Of a stretch of 64,000 nt of DNA, positions 21,694 through 32,612 are shown one piece after another; the first letter of the stretch is position 1, and every line of letters starts with the position of its first letter. Position numbers and translations under genes: made by a program. The DNA lies in the NCBI GenBank assembly GCA_963674965.2, contig CAXXFL010000005.1:128001-192000 (forward strand). Reading direction: 5' to 3'. Source of the stretch: a bacterium (GTDB lineage Bacteria; RBG-13-61-14; DATKZS01). A model generated the notes under the pieces. That model saw nothing but the letters and a program-made list of their open reading frames with translations. It ran no database searches and was not told where the DNA came from.

Positions 21694-22458
21694 ATGAAAA
21701 ACAAGCGAGGAATTATCGCGAGGACTTTGTTGACGCTGTTTGTCAGCGTTATCGGTTTCATGGTAATGGCGGGTCCGTCCTGCCCCGGGGCCCCCGGCGG
21801 TGGAGACAACGGCGGGGCCACGGCCCAGCCCGCGCCCCCTCCCGTTCCGGCCCCGACGCCGGCCCCGGTGACGACCGCGCCCGAGCCGGCCAAGCCGGTG
21901 ACCCTGGGCAAGCAGAATAACCTCGAGGTGGGCAGGCTGGTGCTCACCAACGCCAACGGCATCGAGAAGGCCCGGCTCGAGGTGCTTCCCGACGGCGGCG
22001 TGGGGTTCATCTTTAAGGACGAAGCCGGCGTTGACAGGACCATGCTGGGCGTGGGTTCCGACGGCACTCCCGTAATAGTGATGCGGGACAAGGCCGGCAT
22101 GGACAGGGTGCAGGTCATAGTGGATGAGGACGACTCCCCCGAGATCGACCTGATCAACCGGGAAGGAAAAATCAAGGCCAGCCTGGCCCTGGAACCCGAG
22201 AACGACCAGCCCCTGTTGACCTTCTTCAGCGACGGCGACACGGCCATGACCACCTATTCCCTCACCAGCGAGGGCGACCCCAGGCTCGTCTACATCGACG
22301 AGAAGGGAAAAGAACAGGTCATCATTCCCAAGGAACTGCCCAAGCCCAAGCCCAAGGCCAAGCCCAAGCCCAAGGTAACGCCCAAGCCCGAGCCGCCGCC
22401 CTTCCGGGGTGAAACCATCTCGAGAAAGAAACAGAAAAAGGTCAGGATCAGAAAGTGA
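21694..22458 (+). CDS. Secreted or membrane-anchored protein with Pro-rich linker, ~23-aa beta repeats and PK-rich tail
   Basis: AAGGAGG RBS; N-terminal hydrophobic segment; repeated x-D-x-x-G...L-x-V-x-x-DG-x-P units. Confidence 0.75.
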   Translation: MKNKRGIIARTLLTLFVSVIGFMVMAGPSCPGAPGGGDNGGATAQPAPPPVPAPTPAPVTTAPEPAKPVTLGKQNNLEVGRLVLTNANGIEKARLEVLPDGGVGFIFKDEAGVDRTMLGVGSDGTPVIVMRDKAGMDRVQVIVDEDDSPEIDLINREGKIKASLALEPENDQPLLTFFSDGDTAMTTYSLTSEGDPRLVYIDEKGKEQVIIPKELPKPKPKAKPKPKVTPKPEPPPFRGETISRKKQKKVRIRK

Positions 22459-22480
22459 TCTGATTTCCCGGACCGCCTGA

Positions 22481-24639
<2,159 letters not shown>

Positions 24640-24640
<1 letters not shown>

Positions 24641-24924
24641 TGGGCGCGAAGCGAACGCGGCTGGTCATCCACGGCCGGGTCCAGGGGGTGGCCTTCCGCT
24701 ATTACGCGGAGAGGAAAGCCTCATCCCTCGGCGTCGTCGGATGGGTCAGGAACAGAAGGGACGGGACCGTCGAGCTGATTGCCGAGGGTGAGGAGTCCGT
24801 CCTGAGCGATCTAGTCGCCTGGTGCCACGAGGGACCGCCCTCAGCCAGGGTCGACGCCGTGGACGTTAACTGGCTCGAGCCAACGGGAGAGTTCTCCCGG
24901 TTCGTAACCGCCCGCACGGCGTGA
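24640..24924 (+). CDS. acyP: Acylphosphatase
   Basis: [28 protein letters not shown]. Confidence 0.95.
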
Positions 24925-25023
24925 AACGCCCGGCGAGACTTTCCATGGAAAGCGGGTTAAAATAGATAGAAGAGTCAAGCGCGGCGTACGCGGCGAAAGC
25001 GGGGCCGCCCGGGAGTGAATCGC

Positions 25024-25245
25024 ATGCCTTTATATGAGTTCGTTTGTAAGAAGTGCAAGTCCGAGTTCGAGGAACTGGTGCTTGGAAACGGTGACGACGT
25101 GGTCTGCCCAAGCTGCGGGAGCAGGAAGGTGGGAAAGCTCATGAGCGCCTGCGCCCACAAGTCGGGTGGCAGGTTCGTGGGATCGGGCGGCGGATCGAGC
25201 TGCTCGTCCTGCTCGAGCGGCAACTGTTCCTCCTGCGGGCACTGA
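25024..25245 (+). CDS. FmdB-family zinc ribbon protein
   Basis: MPLYEFVCKKC..FE..CPSCG with C-terminal CxxCxxxxCxxC. Confidence 0.9.
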   Translation: MPLYEFVCKKCKSEFEELVLGNGDDVVCPSCGSRKVGKLMSACAHKSGGRFVGSGGGSSCSSCSSGNCSSCGH

Positions 25246-25275
25246 CGGGCGAGGCCGGGAAAAGCCGGACGGAAC

Positions 25276-25914
25276 ATGAAGCCTCGATATATCGCCATCG
25301 AGGGGCCCATCGGAGTGGGCAAGACCAGCCTGGCCCAGATGCTGGCCGGGGAACTCGAGGGCCGGCTCGTCCTCGAGGAGGTCGAGGAGAACCCGTTCCT
25401 CAAGGACTTCTACGCCTCCCGCGAGGAATTCGGCTTCCAGACCCAGTTGTATTTCCTGCTCAGCAGGTACCGCCAGCAAAGGAAGGTGGCCCAGCAGGAC
25501 CTCTTCAGGCAGTTCACCCTGGCCGACTATATATTTGACAAAGATAGAATTTTCGCTAAGCTCAATCTTAGCGACGACGAGCTTGTCCTTTACGAGCAGG
25601 TCTACGCGCTCATCGACCACAGGATAGTCAGGCCCGACCTGGTCATATACCTTCAGGCCCGACCCAAAATACTGCTCGAAAGGATAAAGCGCCGCGGCAA
25701 GGACTACGAGAAACCGATCGACTCGGGATACCTCGAGCGGCTTTGCGAGGCTTATAACGATTATTTTTTCCATTTTAATGAGACCTCGCTTCTGGTCGTG
25801 AACACCGACGGGATCGACTTCGTCGAGAGCCGCGGCGACTTCGAGGAACTGCTGAAGGAAATAAAGCGGTTCCGGCGTGGGGTCCAATACTTCGTGCCGC
25901 TTGGATCCAGGTGA
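25276..25914 (+). CDS. Deoxynucleoside kinase
   Basis: IEGPIGVGKTS, NPFL..FY, FLLSRY.Q, PDLVIYL, RI.RRG..YE. Confidence 0.93.
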   Translation: MKPRYIAIEGPIGVGKTSLAQMLAGELEGRLVLEEVEENPFLKDFYASREEFGFQTQLYFLLSRYRQQRKVAQQDLFRQFTLADYIFDKDRIFAKLNLSDDELVLYEQVYALIDHRIVRPDLVIYLQARPKILLERIKRRGKDYEKPIDSGYLERLCEAYNDYFFHFNETSLLVVNTDGIDFVESRGDFEELLKEIKRFRRGVQYFVPLGSR

Positions 25915-25930
25915 TACTGGACCGAGACGG
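25897..25930 (+). ncRNA. pan-motif RNA hairpin upstream of panBCD
   Basis: CCGCTTGG-A-TCCAG(GTGATA)CTGGACCGAG-A-CGG: one stem with two bulged A residues, matching the described pan motif, in the expected position. Confidence 0.7.
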
Positions 25931-26001
25931 AAGGCCGAAAAAACCCGACGCTGACCCGGCGGCCGAGCGCCGCGGGGAAAGCCATGGGATTATTCCATCC
26001 G

Positions 26002-26031
26002 CCTTCCGGATCGTTCCGGAAGGTTTTTTTT
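26002..26031 (+). terminator. Intrinsic terminator or attenuator ahead of panB
   Basis: CCTTCCGGA-TCGT-TCCGGAAGG followed by T8. Confidence 0.8.
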
Positions 26032-26134
26032 GTCCACCGCCTCCCGGCCTTCCATAACGGCGGCCCCGGGCCGCGGCGGCGGACGAAAGGGGCGGGCGAA
26101 AAAGAATATTTCCCGCCTCGCGAAAGGAGAGGAC

Positions 26135-26995
26135 ATGGCCGACAAAATCAACATCCTGGAGGTCCAGGCGATGAAGGCGAGGGGCGACAAGATAACCATG
26201 CTTACCGCCTACGATTATCCCTCGGCGATGATAGCCGACGCGGCCGGGGTCGACATGATCCTGGTGGGCGACTCGGTGGGAACGGTGGTACAGGGCCAAT
26301 CCACCACCCTGCCCGTGACCATGGACCAGATGATCTATCATACGTCCCTGGTTTCCAGGGCGACGGGCAGGGCCATGGTCGTCTTCGACATGCCTTTCAT
26401 GAGCTACCAGGAAAGCGCCGAGCAGGCCAAGCAAAACGCCGGCCGGGCCGTCAAGGAGGCGGGGGCCGAGTGCGTGAAGCTGGAGGGGGGCGTGAACATG
26501 GCCTCGGTCATCAGGGCCATCAGCTCGATCGACGTGCCGGTGGTGGGGCACATCGGCCTTACCCCGCAGAGCGTCCACCGCATGGGGGGGCATAAAATCC
26601 AGGGCCGCACGGAGGAGCAGCGTCAAAGGCTCCTTGCCGACGCCCGGGCCGTCGAGGACGCCGGGGCCTTTTGCCTGGTCATGGAATGCATACCCTCCGA
26701 GGTGGCCAAAGAGATAACGGAATCGATTTCCATTCCCACCGTGGGCATCGGGTGCGGGCCGGATTGCGACGGCCAGGTGTTGGTCTGGCACGACGTGCTG
26801 GGCATATATCCTGGCCGCAAGCTCACCTTTGTAAAGCGTTACGCCGACCTATATCCGGTGATCCTCGAGGCCATCGAGACCTACGTTAAGGAAGTCAGGG
26901 AGTCGGCTTTTCCCGACGAGGCCCACTCGTTCGGGTTACAGCCGAAAAAGAAAGCGAAAAAAAGCGCCGCGAAAAGGAAGTCGAAAACCAGGTAA
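26135..26995 (+). CDS. panB: 3-methyl-2-oxobutanoate hydroxymethyltransferase
   Basis: [42 protein letters not shown]. Confidence 0.97.
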   Translation: MADKINILEVQAMKARGDKITMLTAYDYPSAMIADAAGVDMILVGDSVGTVVQGQSTTLPVTMDQMIYHTSLVSRATGRAMVVFDMPFMSYQESAEQAKQNAGRAVKEAGAECVKLEGGVNMASVIRAISSIDVPVVGHIGLTPQSVHRMGGHKIQGRTEEQRQRLLADARAVEDAGAFCLVMECIPSEVAKEITESISIPTVGIGCGPDCDGQVLVWHDVLGIYPGRKLTFVKRYADLYPVILEAIETYVKEVRESAFPDEAHSFGLQPKKKAKKSAAKRKSKTR

Positions 26996-27032
26996 CCGGC
27001 CGAGCCCGGGCCACTTTTGACGGGGATTTATA

Positions 27033-27905
27033 TTGAACTCCAAGATTGAAGTATTACAGACGGTCCGTTCCATGCGCGCCCGCTCCGAGGAGGCAAGGCG
27101 AAAGGGGCTGATCGTGGGGTGCGTGCCGACCATGGGGTATCTGCACGAGGGGCATCTCTCCCTTATCGGGGAATGCGCCCGGCGCTCGGACCTGGTGGTG
27201 ATGACCCTGTTCGTCAACCCCACCCAGTTCGCCCCCGGCGAGGACCTGGACAAATACCCGAGGGATTTCGAGGGAGACCTGGCCAAGGCCCGAGGCGCCG
27301 GGGCCCACGCCGTCTTTTATCCCGGACCCGACGAGATGTATCCCGAGGGCTATCGGACTTTCGTCACGGTCGAGGACCTTACCCGGGACATGGAGGGGGC
27401 CTCCCGTCCCACCCACTTCAGGGGCGTGGCCACGGTGGTGACCAAGCTGTTCGGAGCCGTCCGGCCCCATCTGGCCGTTTTCGGGGAAAAGGACTTCCAG
27501 CAACTCAAGGTGATCGAGCGGGCCAGCCAGGACTTAAACCTGGGTGTCGAGATAATCGGCATGCCCACGGTAAGGGAGCCGGACGGACTGGCCATGTCCA
27601 GCCGGAACGTTTACCTCTCCGCCGGGGAGCGGGCAAGGGCCCTTTCCATAAGCGGGGCCCTTTTCGCGGCGAGCGACGCGGTTGAGAAGGGGGCTTTGGA
27701 CCCGGTTTCCCTGGCGCTCGAGGCCAGGCGCGCGATGGAAAAAGAAAGACTCGAGGTTGACTACGTCGAGGTCAGGGACGAGAGGACTTTGGACCCTATT
27801 AAAAAGATAATGGGACCGGCCCGGATGCTGGCGGCGGCCAGGGTGGGAAAGACGCGGCTTATCGACAACGTCCGTCTTGGCCGATTTGAAAATACGGTTA
27901 GATGA
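27033..27905 (+). CDS. panC: Pantoate--beta-alanine ligase
   Basis: PTMGYLHEGH, FVNPTQF, RPTHF.GV, FGEKDFQQ, DGLAMSSRN, RLIDN. Confidence 0.97.
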   Translation: MNSKIEVLQTVRSMRARSEEARRKGLIVGCVPTMGYLHEGHLSLIGECARRSDLVVMTLFVNPTQFAPGEDLDKYPRDFEGDLAKARGAGAHAVFYPGPDEMYPEGYRTFVTVEDLTRDMEGASRPTHFRGVATVVTKLFGAVRPHLAVFGEKDFQQLKVIERASQDLNLGVEIIGMPTVREPDGLAMSSRNVYLSAGERARALSISGALFAASDAVEKGALDPVSLALEARRAMEKERLEVDYVEVRDERTLDPIKKIMGPARMLAAARVGKTRLIDNVRLGRFENTVR

Positions 27906-27966
27906 ATGTTAAGATAATGTATTGGCGCTGACGCCGTTCGAAGGCGCGGCGACCAGGGAGGTAGTC

Positions 27967-28344
27967 ATGCAACGGACGATGCTCAAGTCCAAGATTCACC
28001 GGGCCACGGTGACCCAGGCGGACCTTGACTATATCGGCTCGATAGAGATCGATCGGAATCTCATGGAAGCCGCGGACCTTCTCGAGAACGAGATGGTGCA
28101 CGTGTGGAACATCACCACGGGCGACAGGTTCCAGACCTACGCCATTTACGGTCCTCGCGACTCGGGCGTGATCTGCATCAACGGCGCGGCGGCCCACCGG
28201 GCCAACGCCGGCGACGTGGTTATCATCGCCAGCTTCGTGGAGCTCGAGGACGAGGCGGCCCGAAAATGGGAGCCCAGTCTTATTTTCGTGGACGAGCAAA
28301 ACCGGGAACTGCCGAGGGAGAATTTATCCGTCCTAGCCAGATAG
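27967..28344 (+). CDS. panD: Aspartate 1-decarboxylase
   Basis: [18 protein letters not shown] (Gly-Ser cleavage site), TYAI, NGAAA. Confidence 0.97.
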   Translation: MQRTMLKSKIHRATVTQADLDYIGSIEIDRNLMEAADLLENEMVHVWNITTGDRFQTYAIYGPRDSGVICINGAAAHRANAGDVVIIASFVELEDEAARKWEPSLIFVDEQNRELPRENLSVLAR

Positions 28345-28348
28345 AAGG

Positions 28349-28377
28349 TTGATTCGTCCTCCCTATGGAGTTATACT
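28349..28377 (+). promoter_or_regulatory. Sigma70-type promoter of the rpsF operon
   Basis: TTGATT-N17-TATACT. Confidence 0.65.
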
Positions 28378-28398
28378 ATATTTTCCGGCCTTAACCGG

Positions 28399-28440
28399 CT
28401 CCTTGCCCCGATGATGGGGCTATTTAACCCGAAAGGAGAC
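28399..28440 (+). ncRNA. S6:S18 ribosomal protein leader (autoregulatory RNA)
   Basis: CTCCTT-GCCCC...GGGGC...CCG-AAAGGAG: anti-SD pairs with the rpsF RBS, with the CCG motif just before it. Confidence 0.75.
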
Positions 28441-28444
28441 CCGC

Positions 28445-29017
28445 ATGAATAAGTACGAGACTTTGTTCATTATCAAGCCCGACCTGACCGACGAGGAGGT
28501 CGAGGCGGTACTTGACCGCCTCAAGACCCGCATCGAGAGGGTGGAGGGAAAACTGGCGTCGATCGATTACTGGGGACGCAGAAGACTGGCCTACCCCATC
28601 CGCTACCGGGGCGAGAAGCTTTTCAAGGGCTTTTACGTCCTTATCACCTACGTGGGAGACGGGACGGCGGTCGAGGAAGTAGAGAGAAACATTAAGATTC
28701 TTGACCCGACCTTCCGGTACCTGACCGTAAAGCTCGAGGACGAGGTCGACCCGTCCGCCATCACCGAGGTCGAGGTGAGCAAGAAAGAGGAGGAGGAGGA
28801 GTACGTCGAATCCGAGCGTCGCGAATACGGCGACGACGGGGACAGGGACGAAGGCTATGAAGAAGCCGGAGATGAGGATGAGGAAGACGACGCCTCGGAG
28901 AGCGAGGAAAACGAGGATGCCGAGCCTTCCCCCCCCGAGTCCGAGGAGAAAGAGGAAACGTCGGCCGACGAAAATGACGAAAACGGGGACGAGACCTCCG
29001 AGGGAGACAAGGAGTAA
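28445..29017 (+). CDS. rpsF: 30S ribosomal protein S6 with long acidic tail
   Basis: YETLFII.PDL, WG.RRLAYPI. Confidence 0.95.
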   Translation: MNKYETLFIIKPDLTDEEVEAVLDRLKTRIERVEGKLASIDYWGRRRLAYPIRYRGEKLFKGFYVLITYVGDGTAVEEVERNIKILDPTFRYLTVKLEDEVDPSAITEVEVSKKEEEEEYVESERREYGDDGDRDEGYEEAGDEDEEDDASESEENEDAEPSPPESEEKEETSADENDENGDETSEGDKE

Positions 29018-29020
29018 GTC

Positions 29021-29320
29021 ATGGCTTTTGGAAAATCAGGCGGAAAACCGGGACCGAGAAGAGGCGGAAAACACGGGAAAAGGCAGTTCGCCAAGCGCAA
29101 AGTCTGCCGTTTCTGCGTCGATGGAACCGATATCGACTACAAGGACACTAAGTTATTGAACCATTTCGTTACCGAGCGCGGGAAAATAGTTCCCCGCCGC
29201 ATAACCGGCACCTGCGCCAAGCATCAACGCCAGCTCGGGCTGGCCATAAAGAGGGCCAGGTACGTGGCCCTGATACCCTTCGGGCCGCCCCAGTGGGAAG
29301 AGGTGAGGAGGGACTACTGA
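29021..29320 (+). CDS. rpsR: 30S ribosomal protein S18 (zinc-binding type)
   Basis: [32 protein letters not shown]. Confidence 0.97.
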   Translation: MAFGKSGGKPGPRRGGKHGKRQFAKRKVCRFCVDGTDIDYKDTKLLNHFVTERGKIVPRRITGTCAKHQRQLGLAIKRARYVALIPFGPPQWEEVRRDY

Positions 29321-29763
29321 TGAAGGTAATCCTGAGAGAGGACGTGGAAAGCCTCGGCAAGAGCGGGGCCGTGGTTACGGTCAAGGACGGCTACGGCCGT
29401 AATTATCTTATTCCCAAGGCCCTGGCGGTCGAGGCCACCAGGAAGAACATGAAGCAGCTCGACCACGAGAAGCGCGTGATCGGCGACCTTCAGAAGAAGA
29501 AACGTGGTAACGCCGAAAAGCTGGCCCTTGCCCTGGGCGATCATTCATGCACCATTCCCTGCCAGGCGGGCGAGGAGGACAAGATTTTCGGCTCCGTGGG
29601 CAGGCGCGACATTGCCGAGCAGCTTAGAAGGGACGGCTTCAACGTTGACAGAAGACAACTTCTCCTCGAGGAGCCGCTCAAGAGGCTGGGCGTATACACG
29701 GTCCCGGTCAGGCTCGAGGAGGGAGTCGAGGCCGAGATCAAGGTCTGGCTGGTCAGGAAATAA
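29320..29763 (+). CDS. rplI: 50S ribosomal protein L9
   Basis: [29 protein letters not shown]. Confidence 0.97.
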   Translation: MKVILREDVESLGKSGAVVTVKDGYGRNYLIPKALAVEATRKNMKQLDHEKRVIGDLQKKKRGNAEKLALALGDHSCTIPCQAGEEDKIFGSVGRRDIAEQLRRDGFNVDRRQLLLEEPLKRLGVYTVPVRLEEGVEAEIKVWLVRK

Positions 29764-29792
29764 AAAACTCGTTCGTTCCTCGGGGGTGTCAT

Positions 29793-30536
29793 ATGGCTAA
29801 AAAAATACTGATTGCCTTGGCCCTTTCCTTCCTGGCCCTCGCGGGCTGCGATTACGGAAGCCCCGACGTAACGGGCGAGCCCAATACCGACGGGCGATCC
29901 GCCGTCCTTCTTCCCCCCGGCTTTCCGGGCGCGGTCGAGGACGGCGTTCTCGTTCTGGACGCGGAGGAGGAGGCCCCGGCGATAAGGTTCGCCAATTGCT
30001 TCGCGGGGGTGGACAACGTGGGCGATTTCGGGATCGGCGGCTGCGCCGGCTGCTCTTTGGACTTCGTTCCCTCTTTCACCATCCCGGTCAACCTCAACCT
30101 GGGGGCCTCGGTCCTGGGGTCTTACAAGGTCCAGATAACTTCCTCGGACCCGTCTTTGCAGATCGTCAAGGACGGGATTTCCGGGAGCCAGTCCAAGCTC
30201 TCCGACGGTTGTCTGCAAAGGGATTGCCCCTCCATATGCGCGAACAATCCCGACATGTATCCTCCCCAGTTCGAGAGGGCCTACGGGTTCGAGGACGATC
30301 CCGCCGCGACGGGCGACTCGGTCACGGTCACGGTCGAGGACGACGCCGACCTGGGCTCGAGCCCGACCGCGGGGGTGGTAAACCTTTTCAACGTGCCCGT
30401 AAAGATCGTCTCCGAGCTTCCCGAGGACGGCGTCGAGCTGACCTTCACGATCCTCGAGTTAAAGGACCCCCTGGGAACGGACCTGACCGCCTCCAAGCTG
30501 GACGGCGTGGTCATCGAGAAGTTCCAGCTTCAATAA
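29793..30536 (+). CDS. Hypothetical lipoprotein, possibly with a cohesin-like beta-sandwich
   Basis: Lipobox LAGC; alternating beta pattern FTIPVNL...LGSYKVQITS...LFNVPVKI. Confidence 0.7.
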   Translation: MAKKILIALALSFLALAGCDYGSPDVTGEPNTDGRSAVLLPPGFPGAVEDGVLVLDAEEEAPAIRFANCFAGVDNVGDFGIGGCAGCSLDFVPSFTIPVNLNLGASVLGSYKVQITSSDPSLQIVKDGISGSQSKLSDGCLQRDCPSICANNPDMYPPQFERAYGFEDDPAATGDSVTVTVEDDADLGSSPTAGVVNLFNVPVKIVSELPEDGVELTFTILELKDPLGTDLTASKLDGVVIEKFQLQ

Positions 30537-30563
30537 ACGCCCGGTACGCCCGGCGGAGAGACC

Positions 30564-31205
30564 ATGGACCGGGACCTCTTATTCTTGCGCGCCGCGTTTT
30601 ATTACAACAAGGCGCGCTTTTCCTATCTGTCGGCCAAGCTTAAAGACCGCGTTTTTTTCGGGCCCGGCTGCGACGTCTGGGTGGGGTCTTTTCGTTTCAT
30701 CGGCCAGGGCGAGGCCGCGTTCGGCGAGGGCTGCGTGGTCGAGAGGTCGAGCCTGCCCTTTCATCTCGAGGTGGAAAAAGGGGGAAGGGTAGAATTGGCT
30801 CCCCGCCTGTGGGTGCGGGGAAAATACCGGCCCAACGTCATCACCTGCTTCGAGGGGGCCAGGATCGAGATCGGGGAGGACTCCCTTTTAAACGGGACTA
30901 TCATATCGTCCAGGTCCTCCGTAATCATCGGCAGACGGGCCTGTTTGAGCTGGGATACCGCCATTTTGGACTCGAGCCAGCACCCGATTTCCAACCTCGA
31001 GCCCATGGTGATAAAGCCCGTCAGGTTGGGAGACAACGTGCTGATCGGCACGGGCGTAAAAATCATGCCCGGGGCCGAGATCGGATCGAACTCGCTGATC
31101 GGGGCCTCGAGCGTGGTCACGGGGACGATTCCGCCCAACAGCCTCGCCGCCGGCGTTCCCGCCAGGGTGATGAGGCGGATAGACGACCGGGACCTGTGTC
31201 ATTGA
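30564..31205 (+). CDS. Hexapeptide-repeat (LbH) acyltransferase
   Basis: IGEDS, PVRLGDNVLIG, IGASSVVT..IP....AGVPAR. Confidence 0.88.
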   Translation: MDRDLLFLRAAFYYNKARFSYLSAKLKDRVFFGPGCDVWVGSFRFIGQGEAAFGEGCVVERSSLPFHLEVEKGGRVELAPRLWVRGKYRPNVITCFEGARIEIGEDSLLNGTIISSRSSVIIGRRACLSWDTAILDSSQHPISNLEPMVIKPVRLGDNVLIGTGVKIMPGAEIGSNSLIGASSVVTGTIPPNSLAAGVPARVMRRIDDRDLCH

Positions 31206-31341
31206 ACCAGGTCGCGTCTTATGGTTGGCCGCAAGAAAATCGTAAATTTTGCCATGGCGTTTTTCATTTCAGGTATAATACTATTAGGTAGCGCGTATTT
31301 CATCGGGCAAGACGCCCTGAAAAATGAAAGGAGGTTCGGTC

Positions 31342-31770
31342 ATGCCCTATTGTCCGAATTGCGGTTACGAGTATGAGGAAGGGATCGAGATGTGCCCGGA
31401 CTGTGAAGTGGAGACGGTGGAGTATCTCTCGGAGGACCATTTCAGCGGCGAGATGGTCGAGGTATTCAGTTCCTACTCCGTTTCCGAGGCGGGCATGGTC
31501 AAGGAACTTCTTTACAACGAGGGGATTTTTTCGGCCATTTCCAACGAGTTTGGGGCCTCGATGCTTGGCAGCGCCTCGGCGGACATATCCGAGGTCAAGG
31601 TCTTTGTGGGCGATGAGGATGAGGAAAAAGCCCGTGAACTGATCGAGGCCTATATCGAGGAAAATCCTTTGGATGAAAAAGAAGATTTTATAATTTGCAG
31701 CCACTGCGGACAGAAAGTCGACGAGGGTTCCGAGAACTGTCCCTATTGCGGGGAGCCCTTCGAGGATTGA
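31342..31770 (+). CDS. DUF2007-like protein flanked by zinc ribbons
   Basis: CPNC..CPDC; EA.MVKELL..EGI; V..ED.EKARELI; CSHC..CPYC. Confidence 0.75.
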   Translation: MPYCPNCGYEYEEGIEMCPDCEVETVEYLSEDHFSGEMVEVFSSYSVSEAGMVKELLYNEGIFSAISNEFGASMLGSASADISEVKVFVGDEDEEKARELIEAYIEENPLDEKEDFIICSHCGQKVDEGSENCPYCGEPFED

Positions 31771-32020
31771 AGTCCTCTCGATATCCGCCGCTCGGCCTTC
31801 CCGGCGCCCAAGGGCCCGGTTCAGGTCCGGGCGGTTTGAGTCCGGGCGGTTTCTTGACCCGCGCGCTTACCGGATGTAAAGTATTCCAAAAGGGACGTGA
31901 CACGGAGGTATGTCGGCCCCTCGCGGACGCCGGGCTTTCGGAGGTTAAGTATTTTCGTGAATCCGGGAAGTTAGGCCACGCCGCGAAATAGCGCAGAATC
32001 GTCTCTCCAAGGTATTTCCA

Positions 32021-32593
32021 GTGCGCATAGTCATGATAGACAACTACGATTCCTTCACCTACAACCTGGTGCAGGCCCTCGGCGCGCTGGGACACGAGCT
32101 TATCGTGTTCAGAAACGACGAGGCCGACGTGGCAAGCATAGCCCATCTTCGTCCCGACCGCGTCGTCATCTCGCCGGGTCCGGGAAGACCCGAGAACGCG
32201 GGGATTTCCTGTCGAGTCATCGAGGAGCTCTCACCCAAGATATGGACCCTGGGCGTTTGCCTGGGCCACCAGTGTATCGGGCAGGTGTTCGGCGCCCCCG
32301 TCGTGCAGGCCCGGGAGATAATGCACGGCAAGACCTCGTGGGTCGTGCATGACGGCAAGGGGCTCCACCAGGGCCTTCCCAACCCCATGCAGGTCATGCG
32401 CTATCACTCGCTGGCGCTCAGGGAAAAGGACCTTCCCTTATGCCTCGAGGCCACGGCCAGGACCCTCGAGGGAACTCTCATGGGAGTCAGACATAAAAGC
32501 TGGCCCCTTTTCGGGGTCCAGTACCACCCCGAGTCATTCCTTACCCCGGACGGGCCGTCCCTGCTCCTCAACTTCATCGAGATGGGCGGATAG
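32021..32593 (+). CDS. pabA: Glutamine amidotransferase, aminodeoxychorismate/anthranilate synthase component II
   Basis: IDNYDSFTYNL, SPGPG, GVCLGHQ, RYHSL, QYHPES. Confidence 0.9.
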   Translation: MRIVMIDNYDSFTYNLVQALGALGHELIVFRNDEADVASIAHLRPDRVVISPGPGRPENAGISCRVIEELSPKIWTLGVCLGHQCIGQVFGAPVVQAREIMHGKTSWVVHDGKGLHQGLPNPMQVMRYHSLALREKDLPLCLEATARTLEGTLMGVRHKSWPLFGVQYHPESFLTPDGPSLLLNFIEMGG

Positions 32594-32612
32594 GCGAAAT
32601 GGAGATAAAAGG

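Noticed and set aside
31824-31851. Tandem GTCCGGGCGGTTT x2 in an intergenic region
   Set aside because: Only two adjacent copies with no spacers; not a CRISPR array, and plausible by chance in GC-rich DNA
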